A model generated the notes under the pieces. That model was not told where the DNA came from. It saw nothing but the letters and a program-made list of their open reading frames with translations, and ran no database searches. Position numbers and translations under genes: made by a program. From Candidatus Daviesbacteria bacterium RIFCSPLOWO2_01_FULL_39_23 (GTDB lineage: Bacteria; Patescibacteriota; Microgenomatia; Daviesbacterales; UBA10151): DNA of 64,000 nt. The DNA is taken from contig MFDN01000014.1 of assembly GCA_001776935.1 (NCBI GenBank), positions 65,464 through 129,463 on the forward strand, read 5' to 3'. Shown one piece after another: positions 46,681-56,822 of this stretch (within the stretch, counting starts at the first letter, position 1; each line of letters begins with the position of its first letter).

Positions 46681-46827
46681 ATGGGACTTTTAGAACTGCT
46701 CGCATTAATATTGGTTATTGCCTGGATTGCAGGCTTTAGCTTTAACATAGCCGGCCCGCTAATTCATATTTTATTGGTACTGGCAATAATAACTTTTTTA
46801 CTAAGGTTTATCCGAAGACAGGTATGA
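46681..46827 (+). CDS. Small membrane protein (lmo0937/DUF5670-like)
   Basis: GGAGGTGA SD; W..GF...AGPLIHILLVLA. Confidence 0.78.
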   Translation: MGLLELLALILVIAWIAGFSFNIAGPLIHILLVLAIITFLLRFIRRQV

Positions 46828-47940
46828 TTTTCGGGTTACATACCAAGCCGCAAGAACTGTAACCAACGGTACGGCTAAAATTAGGCCGACGCTGCCTGAA
46901 ATAGTCCTGACAATTTCATCAAAAATTGTCTCGCTGTTTAGGATCACCCAGTAAGGGTGTTTTGCCGGATTTAGTATGAAGAAAATTAAAACCACCAAAG
47001 AAGCTCCGGCGTAGGCCAAAACTAAAGTATTAACCAAAGAAACAATATGCTCCCTTCCTATTAAAAAGCCTTTTTTTATAAGTTTTGAGAATTTAATTCT
47101 TGCATCATCTTTGGCCATTTCAAAAATCGTTGCCGATTGGGTGGTGGTGATGTCATTAAGCGCACCCAGAGTACCGATGATTATTCCCCCTAAGAGTAAT
47201 CCCTGTAGATTAATTCCTGCTGTTGCAGGACCAAGCTGTAAAGAGTACGCATCCTCACTTCCCAGACCCGAAAGCCTTGTCAGATTAACCATAAATATAG
47301 AAAGAAATGCCGTAACCATCAGAGAAAAGAAGGTGCAAATTAAAGCGACAGTTGTTTGCTTAGAAACTCCATGAGCCAGGTATGTTGTAACAAATAAGAT
47401 AACCAAAGATCCTGTAATGCTTATAAAAAGCGGATCCCTGCCATGCAGAATATTGGGAACAATCCAAATAAAAATTACAAGCAAACTAATTATCAACCCA
47501 AGCAGGGAGCCAATGCCTTTTTTGCCGGCTATGAGAATTATCAATATACAAAAAGCAATGAGTAAAAAGGGGAGAGTGTCCAATCTGTATTTATCGGCAA
47601 TAAAATATTTTTCCTCAGGCCCGGAGTTTGTGATTTTACTCAAAATCACAGTATCTCCCTTTGCAACTTTCTGCGAAACAGTAATATTCACCATTCCGCC
47701 GTTTGTCATACTGATGATTTTTCCGGGTTCAGCTCCATCAAGGAATTGCACCTTAATATCCTGAAAAATACTTTTAAAACCAAACTCCTCTTTTTCTCCT
47801 TCGTTGTCAATGCTGATGACCTCTGCTTTAAAAAATTCCTGCTTGGGTGGCTCCTGAAGCTCCTGGGCATTAACCCTATGCGGCAAAACCAGCAAAAATA
47901 GTATAAAAAGAGTTAATGTGAGGATTTTTTGCATGCTCAA
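46801..47940 (-). CDS. YibE/F family membrane protein
   Basis: IIIGTLGALNDIT, GREHIVSLVNTLVLAYAG. Confidence 0.9.
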   Translation of the reverse strand: MSMQKILTLTLFILFLLVLPHRVNAQELQEPPKQEFFKAEVISIDNEGEKEEFGFKSIFQDIKVQFLDGAEPGKIISMTNGGMVNITVSQKVAKGDTVILSKITNSGPEEKYFIADKYRLDTLPFLLIAFCILIILIAGKKGIGSLLGLIISLLVIFIWIVPNILHGRDPLFISITGSLVILFVTTYLAHGVSKQTTVALICTFFSLMVTAFLSIFMVNLTRLSGLGSEDAYSLQLGPATAGINLQGLLLGGIIIGTLGALNDITTTQSATIFEMAKDDARIKFSKLIKKGFLIGREHIVSLVNTLVLAYAGASLVVLIFFILNPAKHPYWVILNSETIFDEIVRTISGSVGLILAVPLVTVLAAWYVTRKSYLSSDKP

Positions 47941-48032
47941 AAGCTTACCCCAAAACAGTGATTAGTATAGCATAAGCCTATAAATTTATACTGTTTTTGG
48001 ATATACACTCCTTATTAAATTATAGGATATCC

Positions 48033-49433
48033 TTAGATAAATAACTGCTTTAGCAGCCTGTCATACAAAACATACAAACTAAATCCACCATAAAAAAGAA
48101 AGGCAAAAATCATAATGGTAATTCTAAAAAACGAAGGCTGAAGAATTTTTTCCAAACTCGTTAAATTCAACCAGAGAGTTAATCCCACATGTACAAACAT
48201 GGCAAAAGCATTTAATACAGCTGCTATCAAAAGAAGCTGCAAAGGTTCTGCAAATCCTAACAAAAGGATAGTTACCCCTCCCAGAATCTGTACCCATAAA
48301 ACAGTGTAATAAATTGCAGGGATTTTCTTCTCACTTAGCTTTGAGGGTGCGGATAAAATTAAATTCTCACTCAAAATCCGGCTGGTGGCATCCAAAACAG
48401 TCAGCTGCGTCCCGAAAAGCGTTGATCCGGCGATAAAAAGGAAAAAGATTCCGGCAAAAGGAAATATATTTTGACCAATTACCAAGGCCTCCTGCAGAAC
48501 AAAATTAATATTTGCTGCCTGTCCGGTCAAACCAAATGTGGTAACGTAAGCCAGCAGTCCCAGCAGTAAAATTGTAACCGAACCGGTCAGCCAAAAGATT
48601 ATAAAATGCTCAATATTAATGTTTTTCCACCACTGTTTAAAGTTTTGAATATTTTCATGGGTTAATTCAAACTTAGTCCCGGTTATGGAAATTTCTTCTT
48701 TTTTCCCTGTGAGAACACTTGTTATCCTGCCGGAATATTTTCCCATCCCATATCCTTTTTCTTTAATGTAAAAAGCCTGAGCCAAATTCAAATTCCCTCC
48801 TGCTCCTGCATAAGCCAAAGCTGCCAAAAAAGATGCAATGGAAATGCCTGCAGGAAGTAAATAATAATCCTTCCCAATGCCGACTGAACCCTTAATAAGA
48901 TCTACCCAGTGAGATTGTTGGGCTAAAATAACACTTAAAAGAAAAATTGCAGGAACACCTATTAAAATTAAGGTCTTTTGCAGGTTTTCCACTGTTTTAT
49001 AAAGAATCGGGCCCATGGATAATATCAAACCGATAACTACCAAAAATATAATAGCCAAATATTTTGTTTCCCCGACTCCCAAAACAGTCCCAAAAAGCTT
49101 AGCTGAGGAAGCTATTATGCCTGGCCAGACCCAGGGAATAAAAGTGGAAAGTAAAAACCAAAATGAAATCCAGCGCAGTTCCCGGGCAAGCCCGACAAAC
49201 ACGCTTTCTCCGTGAGCCAGAGCATATCTTTCTATCTCCATATTCATAAAAAACTGAAAAGTAATACCAAGAAGAGCTCCCCAGATAATTCCCATTCCAT
49301 AATTTGAAGTAAGGTAGGGCCAAAGAATGATTTCGCCGCTGCCTAAACCTAGTCCTAAAATAATAAAACTGGGGCCCAAAAGTTTCAAAAGAGGAGGACA
49401 AGGAGGTAAAATGTTGACTTTTAAAGGTCTCAA
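48033..49433 (-). CDS. Nramp-like/APC-fold transporter
   Basis: LGPSFIILGLGLGSGEIILWP, EIERY; about 11 TM. Confidence 0.78.
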   Translation of the reverse strand: MRPLKVNILPPCPPLLKLLGPSFIILGLGLGSGEIILWPYLTSNYGMGIIWGALLGITFQFFMNMEIERYALAHGESVFVGLARELRWISFWFLLSTFIPWVWPGIIASSAKLFGTVLGVGETKYLAIIFLVVIGLILSMGPILYKTVENLQKTLILIGVPAIFLLSVILAQQSHWVDLIKGSVGIGKDYYLLPAGISIASFLAALAYAGAGGNLNLAQAFYIKEKGYGMGKYSGRITSVLTGKKEEISITGTKFELTHENIQNFKQWWKNINIEHFIIFWLTGSVTILLLGLLAYVTTFGLTGQAANINFVLQEALVIGQNIFPFAGIFFLFIAGSTLFGTQLTVLDATSRILSENLILSAPSKLSEKKIPAIYYTVLWVQILGGVTILLLGFAEPLQLLLIAAVLNAFAMFVHVGLTLWLNLTSLEKILQPSFFRITIMIFAFLFYGGFSLYVLYDRLLKQLFI

Positions 49434-49440
49434 GCTTTAA

Positions 49441-50001
49441 TTAATCCTTCTTGCCTGTAAGAAGAGCGTCTATAACATCATGTGGCAAGGCGGCAGCATT
49501 AAGAAGGGCTTTTCGGACCAACGAACCTGTTTCACTGCCGATTTCATCTGCGGCTTCAATTGACCCTAATACGGCTTTTTTAGCAAGCTCGCCTGAATCT
49601 TCGCCAATAACGCCTGCAGATTTTATGGCACCCTGGACGGCTGAAACAGCTGCTTCTCCCACATCTCCGCCAATACTGTCTACGCTCATAATTGTTCCGC
49701 GGGCAGCTTCGGTGGCAGTAGTGCGGACATCTCCGCCAACTTCTTTCACTCCTTCAATAGCGCCTGAAACCAAACCTGAAACTGCTTCCGTAGCTGAAAC
49801 TCCTGTTTCAGAAGCTGCATCGATTCCTTCGGAAATTACCTGACCAACTGTGTCAACCGTAGTGCTGGCTACATCGCCGCCTGCCTGAAGAGTTTTAACA
49901 ATAGTATTTTTCGCCACATCCCTGGTTGTAGCAACAACATCACCTGCACCGGAAACTATAGAAGAAAGAGCGTTTTTTAAATCGTCTGTTAAATTTGTCA
50001 T
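49441..50001 (-). CDS. Ala/Gly/Val-rich repeat protein
   Basis: Repeated GAI..A.E.G.D helices; fragmentary paralogue at 53576-53734. Confidence 0.7.
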   Translation of the reverse strand: MTNLTDDLKNALSSIVSGAGDVVATTRDVAKNTIVKTLQAGGDVASTTVDTVGQVISEGIDAASETGVSATEAVSGLVSGAIEGVKEVGGDVRTTATEAARGTIMSVDSIGGDVGEAAVSAVQGAIKSAGVIGEDSGELAKKAVLGSIEAADEIGSETGSLVRKALLNAAALPHDVIDALLTGKKD

Positions 50002-50038
50002 TAATGTAACCTTACCACAATCCAAAAATCCCTGTCAA

Positions 50039-50431
50039 CTATTCCGAGGTTTTTCCGTCAAAGTGTTCTTCTTTTTCATCTGCTTTTGTGGGCTGCAAAG
50101 TATCTTTCTGATGCTCAGGAGGGGAGTAAAGGGTATAAAGCTTTAAATCATTGTTCCCTGTATTGATGACGTTGTGATAAGTACCGGCAGGAATAACAAT
50201 TGCCCAATCACCGTGCACGTCATATTCTGTTTCGCCGTTTTCTAAAATTACTTTTGCTTTGCCCTGCTCAATGCGGATAAATTGGTCCAACCCGTGCACT
50301 TCATTTCCGATTTCCTCTCCTGGACTAACACACATTAAAACAAGCTGGGTATAACGGGCAGTGTAAAGCACCCGCCTGTAATCGGTATTTTCTAAAGTCT
50401 CCTTTTCAATATTTAGAGCAAATCCCTTCAT
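50039..50431 (-). CDS. Cupin domain protein
   Basis: GEEIGNEVH...DQFIRIEQG, IPAGTYHNVIN, YSPPEH. Confidence 0.9.
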   Translation of the reverse strand: MKGFALNIEKETLENTDYRRVLYTARYTQLVLMCVSPGEEIGNEVHGLDQFIRIEQGKAKVILENGETEYDVHGDWAIVIPAGTYHNVINTGNNDLKLYTLYSPPEHQKDTLQPTKADEKEEHFDGKTSE

Positions 50432-50442
50432 TAAAACCAATC

Positions 50443-50964
50443 TTACTTCCTGTATAGAATTTTTTCAAATATTTTACTCACAATAAAACCTGCAAAACCG
50501 GAAAATACCGCTACTGCAAAAGAAACTATTAAGATAACCTCAGGAAATAAAGGAACAAATTTATAATGCAGGCTTTGCCGGCCTTCCATAAAATGTGTAT
50601 ATAAAACAGGAACCTTAAACAAACTTGTAATAATTTCTACTGTTGCTAACCAAACCAACACGTAAATAATACTTACATGAAGACTTTGAAATAAGCTCTT
50701 CTTAATATTCATTCCATTAATTAAGAAAGCAAGAAATGATACCGGAATTAATGAAAATATGAGTAAATAAATATCAAAGCCATATTTTTTTTGGCATATT
50801 TCAAAAATATACACACATGATTGACAAGCACCACATCTTCCACCATTAAAATTATCATTAAATGCAGACTGAATTTTTTCTGTGCCCAATAAAAAATTTA
50901 TATACAGCAATAATATAAACAGAAGAACACTAAATGCTATCTGATATTTGCCTATTTTTTTCAT
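50443..50964 (-). CDS. Hypothetical membrane protein with Cys cluster
   Basis: About 4 TM, CGACQSC; resembles 23018..23542. Confidence 0.65.
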   Translation of the reverse strand: MKKIGKYQIAFSVLLFILLLYINFLLGTEKIQSAFNDNFNGGRCGACQSCVYIFEICQKKYGFDIYLLIFSLIPVSFLAFLINGMNIKKSLFQSLHVSIIYVLVWLATVEIITSLFKVPVLYTHFMEGRQSLHYKFVPLFPEVILIVSFAVAVFSGFAGFIVSKIFEKILYRK

Positions 50965-51308
50965 CAGCTTTTATTGGTTAAAGGAAATAATTCTCTAACG
51001 GTCTTTAAAATCTTGTTTCTGATCTTAAGGGTTAACCGGCCGACGGTTTTTTTAATAATAGTTGTATCTGCCGTAAAGACTTTATCCGGCCTTACAAAAC
51101 TTTCAACCGGTAATTTACCTTTAGCAAAATCTTTTGATTTAATACAAATTGCTATTTTGCTTGTATAAGGCTTTGAGGTAATTTGACACAGGATAATATT
51201 TCCGAATTCAACATTAGCCAAAACCAAAGCAGGGCGGATCTTTTGACCCTTTAAATTGGAAAAAGGGAATGCAACTAAAACAATACTGCCTACTGTAAAC
51301 TTGCCCAT
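50964..51308 (-). CDS. PemK/MazF family toxin
   Basis: GSIVLVAFPFS...KIRPALVL...CQITSK. Confidence 0.9.
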   Translation of the reverse strand: MGKFTVGSIVLVAFPFSNLKGQKIRPALVLANVEFGNIILCQITSKPYTSKIAICIKSKDFAKGKLPVESFVRPDKVFTADTTIIKKTVGRLTLKIRNKILKTVRELFPLTNKS

Positions 51309-51526
51309 GCTTCATCCTCTTCCGGTCGATTCCAGTCGGTTGCGAGTGTTTTTTCTGATAATAACGTGCTTGCTGTTGAGGTATTTTTTACAGGCGCTGA
51401 AACAATTCTTATCTCGCCCCTTTTTACCTGTAATTCAACCTGCTCGCCAAGACCGCTTTCGGTCAAAACAGGTTTTGGAATACGTATTCCGCGGGAATTT
51501 CCTATCGCAATAATTGTTGTTATCAT
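51290..51526 (-). CDS. AbrB/MazE family antitoxin
   Basis: IGNSRGIRIPK; C-terminal DWNRPEEDEAW; overlaps the toxin. Confidence 0.9.
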   Translation of the reverse strand: MITTIIAIGNSRGIRIPKPVLTESGLGEQVELQVKRGEIRIVSAPVKNTSTASTLLSEKTLATDWNRPEEDEAWASLQ

Positions 51527-51527
51527 A

Positions 51528-51547
51528 GTAATTACATTGTAGTTACA
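51528..51547. promoter_or_regulatory. Probable MazE operator (tandem GTA-NN-TAC palindromes)
   Basis: GTAATTAC and TGTAGTTACA directly upstream of the antitoxin ATG. Confidence 0.55.
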
Positions 51548-51560
51548 TATTTAATAATTG

Positions 51561-52121
51561 TCAAGAGGTTGTTATCAGATGTTCAAGCAGGATCTTCAAT
51601 CCGATAATTATTAAAACCACTCCTCCTGCTATTTCTACTTTTTTCCCAAAAAATGATCCTATTTTATTGCCAAATATAAATCCCAAAAAGCTAAACACAA
51701 AAGTGACAATACCGATTATGGCGACAGATACCAAAAGCGGTATCTTAATTAAACTTAAACTTATCCCGACAATAAGGGCATCTATGCTTGTAGCTATGGA
51801 AAGTATTAAAAGCGTTCTGATATTTAAAATATCTTTTTTTTCATCATTTTCTTTTAGTGCTTCATAAATCATTTTTACACCAATTATCGCAAGGAGAAAA
51901 AATGCAATCCAGTGATCGATAGATGAAATAAAACTGCTTAAGGCCTCACCAATCAGCCAGCCTAAAAGAGGCATCATTGCCTGAAACCCGCCAAAAAAAG
52001 CAGCCACCTTTAAGCCGTGGGCAATTTTTGCTTTTTGATTCAGGCCGCCTGCAATACTGACGCTGACGCAATCAATTGCCAAACTAAAAGATATAAAAAG
52101 AATCTGTAAAATAAGCGCCAT
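51561..52121 (-). CDS. mntP: Manganese efflux pump MntP family
   Basis: SLAIDCVSVS, FFGGFQAMMPLLGW, DHWIAF, ATSIDAL. Confidence 0.88.
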   Translation of the reverse strand: MALILQILFISFSLAIDCVSVSIAGGLNQKAKIAHGLKVAAFFGGFQAMMPLLGWLIGEALSSFISSIDHWIAFFLLAIIGVKMIYEALKENDEKKDILNIRTLLILSIATSIDALIVGISLSLIKIPLLVSVAIIGIVTFVFSFLGFIFGNKIGSFFGKKVEIAGGVVLIIIGLKILLEHLITTS

Positions 52122-52125
52122 TTTG

Positions 52126-52392
52126 TCAGTATAACAAAACAGAATTTGCTATCAATTCTTCTTTTTCGGGTTTGGTTAACTGCTTTAATTGATATTCCCT
52201 TTTTAAGGCTTCAGATCTTGTTGCAAATTTTTCCAAATACACAAGGGAAAAGAAAGGAAAGGAACGGAGGTATTTGGCAGATTTGCCATTTTTACTTTTA
52301 TGCTCATTTAACCTTTTTTCTAAATTATTAGTTTGCCCAATATAAAGGGTGTTTGAGAAAGTACGCAGAATATAAACAATATATTGCACCAA
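52126..52392 (-). CDS. GIY-YIG nuclease (UPF0213/YhbQ-like), copy 1
   Basis: VYIL...LYIGQTNNLEKRLNEH...EALKREYQLK. Confidence 0.9.
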   Translation of the reverse strand: MVQYIVYILRTFSNTLYIGQTNNLEKRLNEHKSKNGKSAKYLRSFPFFSLVYLEKFATRSEALKREYQLKQLTKPEKEELIANSVLLY

Positions 52393-52535
52393 ACTATTAT
52401 ATAACCTCAGAGGTTCAAAGTTGCTTTAATTTACTGTAGTTACTGATGCTTTGCAAATGTCGCTTTCATCGCCGGATAATCCAATAATCTTGGTATTGCT
52501 AGCACAGGTTCCCGATAAACTGAACAACTTTAAAC

Positions 52536-53261
52536 CTATCTATTAACCGATAATATACAGTTACTGGCTTTGTTTTCGGCTACAGCTATCGAAGTAATAA
52601 AATGATCCACTAAGAAAGAATTCTGTCCGCCCCGTGTTTCGTCAGGATCGTTGATGTAGACTTTTTCCTCATCTATTCCCGTGACCACTACGGCATGGTT
52701 TATGGTTTTTCCCTCAATATCATCCGGCTCGTATTTTTTTGTTTCTGCGTTGTATTTGTCCCTTGGCGCATCATAGATATAATTATAGCTAACAATCGAA
52801 AGAAATGGTCCTTTTTTAATCAAGTCCCGGAGATAGTCTTCACTAAGTCTTGAGATATTAAATTTTACACCGCTGCCGAGCATATTAATATAAGAATCGA
52901 TCATTATGTTACGTATGTCAAAGGAAACCACTGTTTGATTATTGCTTCCTTTCAATTTTTGTAATTTTCCCAAAATCTCATTAGTTGAAATATTTTTCCA
53001 TGACCTGTCTATGATCTCGCAGTCAAAAGAATCCAAAGTTGCCTCAAATCCTAAAGACTTTATCCATGCTGCGATATCCATAAGTAAAGTACCATAAGGC
53101 TTTCCTTGAGAATCAAAGCGTACGGGAATTTTTGATTGTATCTGCCCTATAGTTAAACTCAACCCGTAATAGCTTAGCAGCATGGCAACCGATGCTTGAA
53201 CACAGTTTGATGATTCAGTTTGTGTTAAAAAAGGTATTTCGTAAAAAATTTTATTTCCCAT
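52536..53261 (-). CDS. C39-like (papain-fold) cysteine peptidase
   Basis: QTESSNCVQAS, HAVVVTG, YINDP catalytic motifs. Confidence 0.82.
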   Translation of the reverse strand: MGNKIFYEIPFLTQTESSNCVQASVAMLLSYYGLSLTIGQIQSKIPVRFDSQGKPYGTLLMDIAAWIKSLGFEATLDSFDCEIIDRSWKNISTNEILGKLQKLKGSNNQTVVSFDIRNIMIDSYINMLGSGVKFNISRLSEDYLRDLIKKGPFLSIVSYNYIYDAPRDKYNAETKKYEPDDIEGKTINHAVVVTGIDEEKVYINDPDETRGGQNSFLVDHFITSIAVAENKASNCILSVNR

Positions 53262-53475
53262 ACTAATTCCATGATAGCAGTTTCGCAGGAAAACACGCAA
53301 CCTTTAAGTATTTATCTCTATTTTTTACAGCCAGTTGAAAACAACATACTTATCGATATATCCTTTCTATAACCTGTTGCAAGTCCGGCTAAAATCATTG
53401 CAACTACTCCTTTTTCATAAAAAGCCTTACCAGAACCATTGTGTCCGGTTAGAACGTGCAGTCTACTACATCCAA

Positions 53476-53586
53476 ATGGAACTGATATTTTTTTCTCCTT
53501 TACTGCTTTTGCTTTTATATTCCATTAAACAGGTTAATCAATACGAGCGCGGGGTTAAATTTAGGTTTGGTAAGAGGAGTAATTGA
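53476..53586 (+). pseudogene. N-terminal fragment of SPFH/stomatin protein
   Basis: SIKQVNQYERGVKFRFGK followed by a premature stop. Confidence 0.7.
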
Positions 53587-53734
53587 TGGAGCAAAAGACA
53601 CAGGAGTAAATGTAACAGAAGCAGCAGATGAAATCGGTTCAGAAGCAGGCAGTATTGTCAGGAAAGCACTTCTTAATGCGGAAGCACTACCTCATGGTAT
53701 TATCGATGCTCTCTTAACTGGTAAAACAGAGTAA
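53576..53734 (+). pseudogene. Internally deleted paralogue of 49441..50001
   Basis: GVIDGAKDTGVNVTEA joined to ADEIGSEAGSIVRKALLNAEALPHGIIDALLTGKTE*. Confidence 0.8.
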
Positions 53735-53765
53735 TTTTAACTTTCCTATGCTATACTAGGCATTA

Positions 53766-56555
53766 GTGAACATCACTAAATTTTTTTCCTTGACATTCTT
53801 AGGTCTGGCTTTTGTTACTTTTATTTTCTTCTCAAGCATTATTTCCTTGATTACCGACTGGTGGTGGTACCAAGAAGTAGGATTTACCGAAATCTTTATA
53901 AAATCCCTAAGCACTAAAATCATTGTAGGTTTAGTAGCAGGAATTACCGCTGCCATTTTTCTTCTTACGAACTTATCTCTTGCCATCCGTTCGAAAATAC
54001 CCTGGATGGCAGCCATTCCTGAAGTTATCATCGGTGCCAATCAACCAATTAGCTTAAATAGTAGAATAATTGGGAAGCTCGGCATTATTCTAAGCTGTAT
54101 CATTGCCATCTTTATTGGTCTTATCGCCGCAAGCAGTTGGCATGACGTCTTAAAGTTTATATCAGGTGTACCGTTTGGGCAAAAAGACCCGATATTTGCT
54201 GCTGATGTATCTTTTTACGTGTTTTCCCTGCCTGTTTTTTCTTTGGGCCTTGGTCTTATAAAAACCGTTATCCTGATATCGCTTATCGGTTGCGGCGTAA
54301 TTTACATTTTACGAGGCAGCCTCAATTTATCAAGCCTTTTTCCTAAAATTGACCTCTCTAAATTGACCGGAAAACCTGAAAGTTTGATTATCAGACCTGC
54401 GAGAGATTCGAGTACTGATCCTAAAGCCAGACTGCATATCGGCATTCTACTATCTCTCTTTTTGGCAACAATTGCCACAAGCACATATCTTTCTCTCTAT
54501 AATTTGCTTACCAGTCAGAGCGGTCCGGTGTTTGGTGCGGCCTTCACCGATGCCAATGTTATGATACCAATTCTTCGTGTATCTGTTTTTGTTTACGGCC
54601 TGGCTGTGATTTTAGCGCTATTTTACGGGATTAGCGGGAGAATCGCGCCTCTTTTTGTAGCAATTTTTTTGACTGTAATCGTCGGGTTTACCTCTTTAAT
54701 TATCCCTTCTATTTTCCAGAAACTGGTGGTTGCGCCCAATGAGCTTACCAAAGAAACACCGTTTATCAAACACAACATTGAATTAACCCGCAAGGCTTAT
54801 GATTTGGATAAGGTAGAAGAGCGGGAAATAGAAGCCAGTAAACCGGTTACAGCTTCCGATATTGCAACTAATAATCTCACCATCAAAAATGTCAGACTGT
54901 GGGACAAGGCGCCGCTTTTGTCTACTTTTTCGCAAATTCAGGAGATTAGAACTTACTACGAGTTTGCCTCTGTTGATAATGACCGTTATACAATTAACGA
55001 AGAATTGCGCCAGATTATGCTTTCTCCCAGAGAGCTGGATTCGGATAGCCTGCCCAACAAAAACTGGATTAATGAACGGTTAACCTTTACTCATGGCTAT
55101 GGGGTAACCGGCGGACCGGTAAATCAGGTTACTCCTGAAGGATTGCCTGTACTATTCGTCAAAGACTTACCTCCAAAATCCGAAGTCAAAGAACTTGAAG
55201 TCACAAGGCCGGAAGTTTACTACGGGGAAATCCCTAACGAGTATGTAATTGTCAAAACCAAATCTAAGGAGTTTGATTATCCCAAAGGCGAAGAAAATGT
55301 CTATACCACATATGACGGGAAAGGCGGAGTAGAAATCAACTCTCCTTTGCGCCGGTTCCTGTATGCTTTGCGATTTGGCTCCCTCAAATTATTTTTATCA
55401 AGCGATGTTACAGCTGAGAGCCGTATCCTTTATTACCGCAATATAAAGGAGAGAGTTGCTAAAATTGCTCCGTTTCTTACACTTGACCGCGACCCGTATC
55501 TGGTTATCGCTGAAGGCAAACTGTATTGGATCCTTGATGCCTATACATCAACCGACCGTTATCCCTATTCCCAACAGCTGCCATTAAATGGAGGTAAGGT
55601 AAATTATATTAGAAATTCCGTTAAAGCAATGGTAGATGCTTACGACGGAACAGTCAAGCTTTATCAAAGCGATGCTGATGATCCGATTATCAAAACCTAT
55701 GCCAAAATTTTTCCCAAAACTTTTCTTCCGCTTTCTGAAATGCCCAAAAGCTTGACTCCCCACCTCCGTTATCCCGAAGATATTTTTACTTTGCAAACTG
55801 CAATCTACACCACCTACCATATGGATGACCCGCAGATTTTCTACAACAAAGAGGACCAGTGGGAAATCCCTGCTATTGCTTCAGGCGGCGAGACGCAAGC
55901 CGGCGGCAGAGTATCGGCAATGGATCCGCGGCACATGATTATGAAGCTCCCGGGTGAGAAAAAAGAGGAGTATATTCTTATGCTGCCCTTTACCCCGCGG
56001 GCAAAAGACAATCTGTCTGCCTGGATGGTAGCCAGAAATGACGGAGAACAGTATGGTAAACTGGTTGTCTACCGTTTCCCCAAAGATAAACTGGTGTTTG
56101 GTCCCAAACAGGTTATAGGCAGAATTAATCAGGACGCAGAAGTCAGTCGGCAGATCTCTTTATGGGATCAGCGCGGGTCGCAGGTTATCCAGGGGCCGCT
56201 GCTGGTTATTCCTATTGAGGAGTCTTTAGTATATGTCCGTCCGCTCTATCTTAAGGCAGAGGCAGGGAAAATTCCGGAACTCAAACGGGTCATCGTCGCA
56301 TACGAGAATAAAATTGCCATGGAAGAGACACTGGAAGCAGGCCTGGCTAAAATCTTCGGCACTGCCGAAGGCCAAACCAAACCATCCGGAGAATCACCGG
56401 TTAGAGCAGCGCCTGCCGACCCGACCAAAGAAAACCTTCTTCAGCAGGCAAACCAGGCATATCAGTCTGCCATCAATGCGCAACGGGAGGGAGACTGGGG
56501 CAGGTACGGAGAGGAGATAAAAAAGCTGGGTGAAATATTAAGTAAACTACGCTGA
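53766..56555 (+). CDS. UPF0182 family membrane protein
   Basis: TDWWWY, DPIF..DVSFYVF.LP, NVRLWD, YEF..VDNDRY, FTHGYG, NYIRNSVK. Confidence 0.93.
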   Translation: MNITKFFSLTFLGLAFVTFIFFSSIISLITDWWWYQEVGFTEIFIKSLSTKIIVGLVAGITAAIFLLTNLSLAIRSKIPWMAAIPEVIIGANQPISLNSRIIGKLGIILSCIIAIFIGLIAASSWHDVLKFISGVPFGQKDPIFAADVSFYVFSLPVFSLGLGLIKTVILISLIGCGVIYILRGSLNLSSLFPKIDLSKLTGKPESLIIRPARDSSTDPKARLHIGILLSLFLATIATSTYLSLYNLLTSQSGPVFGAAFTDANVMIPILRVSVFVYGLAVILALFYGISGRIAPLFVAIFLTVIVGFTSLIIPSIFQKLVVAPNELTKETPFIKHNIELTRKAYDLDKVEEREIEASKPVTASDIATNNLTIKNVRLWDKAPLLSTFSQIQEIRTYYEFASVDNDRYTINEELRQIMLSPRELDSDSLPNKNWINERLTFTHGYGVTGGPVNQVTPEGLPVLFVKDLPPKSEVKELEVTRPEVYYGEIPNEYVIVKTKSKEFDYPKGEENVYTTYDGKGGVEINSPLRRFLYALRFGSLKLFLSSDVTAESRILYYRNIKERVAKIAPFLTLDRDPYLVIAEGKLYWILDAYTSTDRYPYSQQLPLNGGKVNYIRNSVKAMVDAYDGTVKLYQSDADDPIIKTYAKIFPKTFLPLSEMPKSLTPHLRYPEDIFTLQTAIYTTYHMDDPQIFYNKEDQWEIPAIASGGETQAGGRVSAMDPRHMIMKLPGEKKEEYILMLPFTPRAKDNLSAWMVARNDGEQYGKLVVYRFPKDKLVFGPKQVIGRINQDAEVSRQISLWDQRGSQVIQGPLLVIPIEESLVYVRPLYLKAEAGKIPELKRVIVAYENKIAMEETLEAGLAKIFGTAEGQTKPSGESPVRAAPADPTKENLLQQANQAYQSAINAQREGDWGRYGEEIKKLGEILSKLR

Positions 56556-56734
56556 TGATTCAGTTTATTATCATCAAAAAGATATTTTTATTCCTGATAC
56601 CTCTTTTCCTTTTTTATCTTTTGAAAAAAAAGGGTAACAATCAGCAGCCTAAAAGAAAATCATATCTGTCCGAATTTGACAAAGAAATGATTGTGGAAGG
56701 AGAAATTGTAGACGAAAGCAGCAGTAACCGCTGA
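56555..56734 (+). CDS. 59-aa membrane protein, translationally coupled to UPF0182 (below ORF-track cutoff)
   Basis: TGATG overlap; MIQFIIIKKIFLFLIPLFLFYLLKKK...IVEGEIVD. Confidence 0.65.
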   Translation: MIQFIIIKKIFLFLIPLFLFYLLKKKGNNQQPKRKSYLSEFDKEMIVEGEIVDESSSNR

Positions 56735-56822
56735 CATCCCGTCTCATCCCTTTTATTACGGCGAATTTGAGCAACAGATATATGAGCTAAAAACCAAAGC
56801 CAAGATTGATTATCGTTTAATA

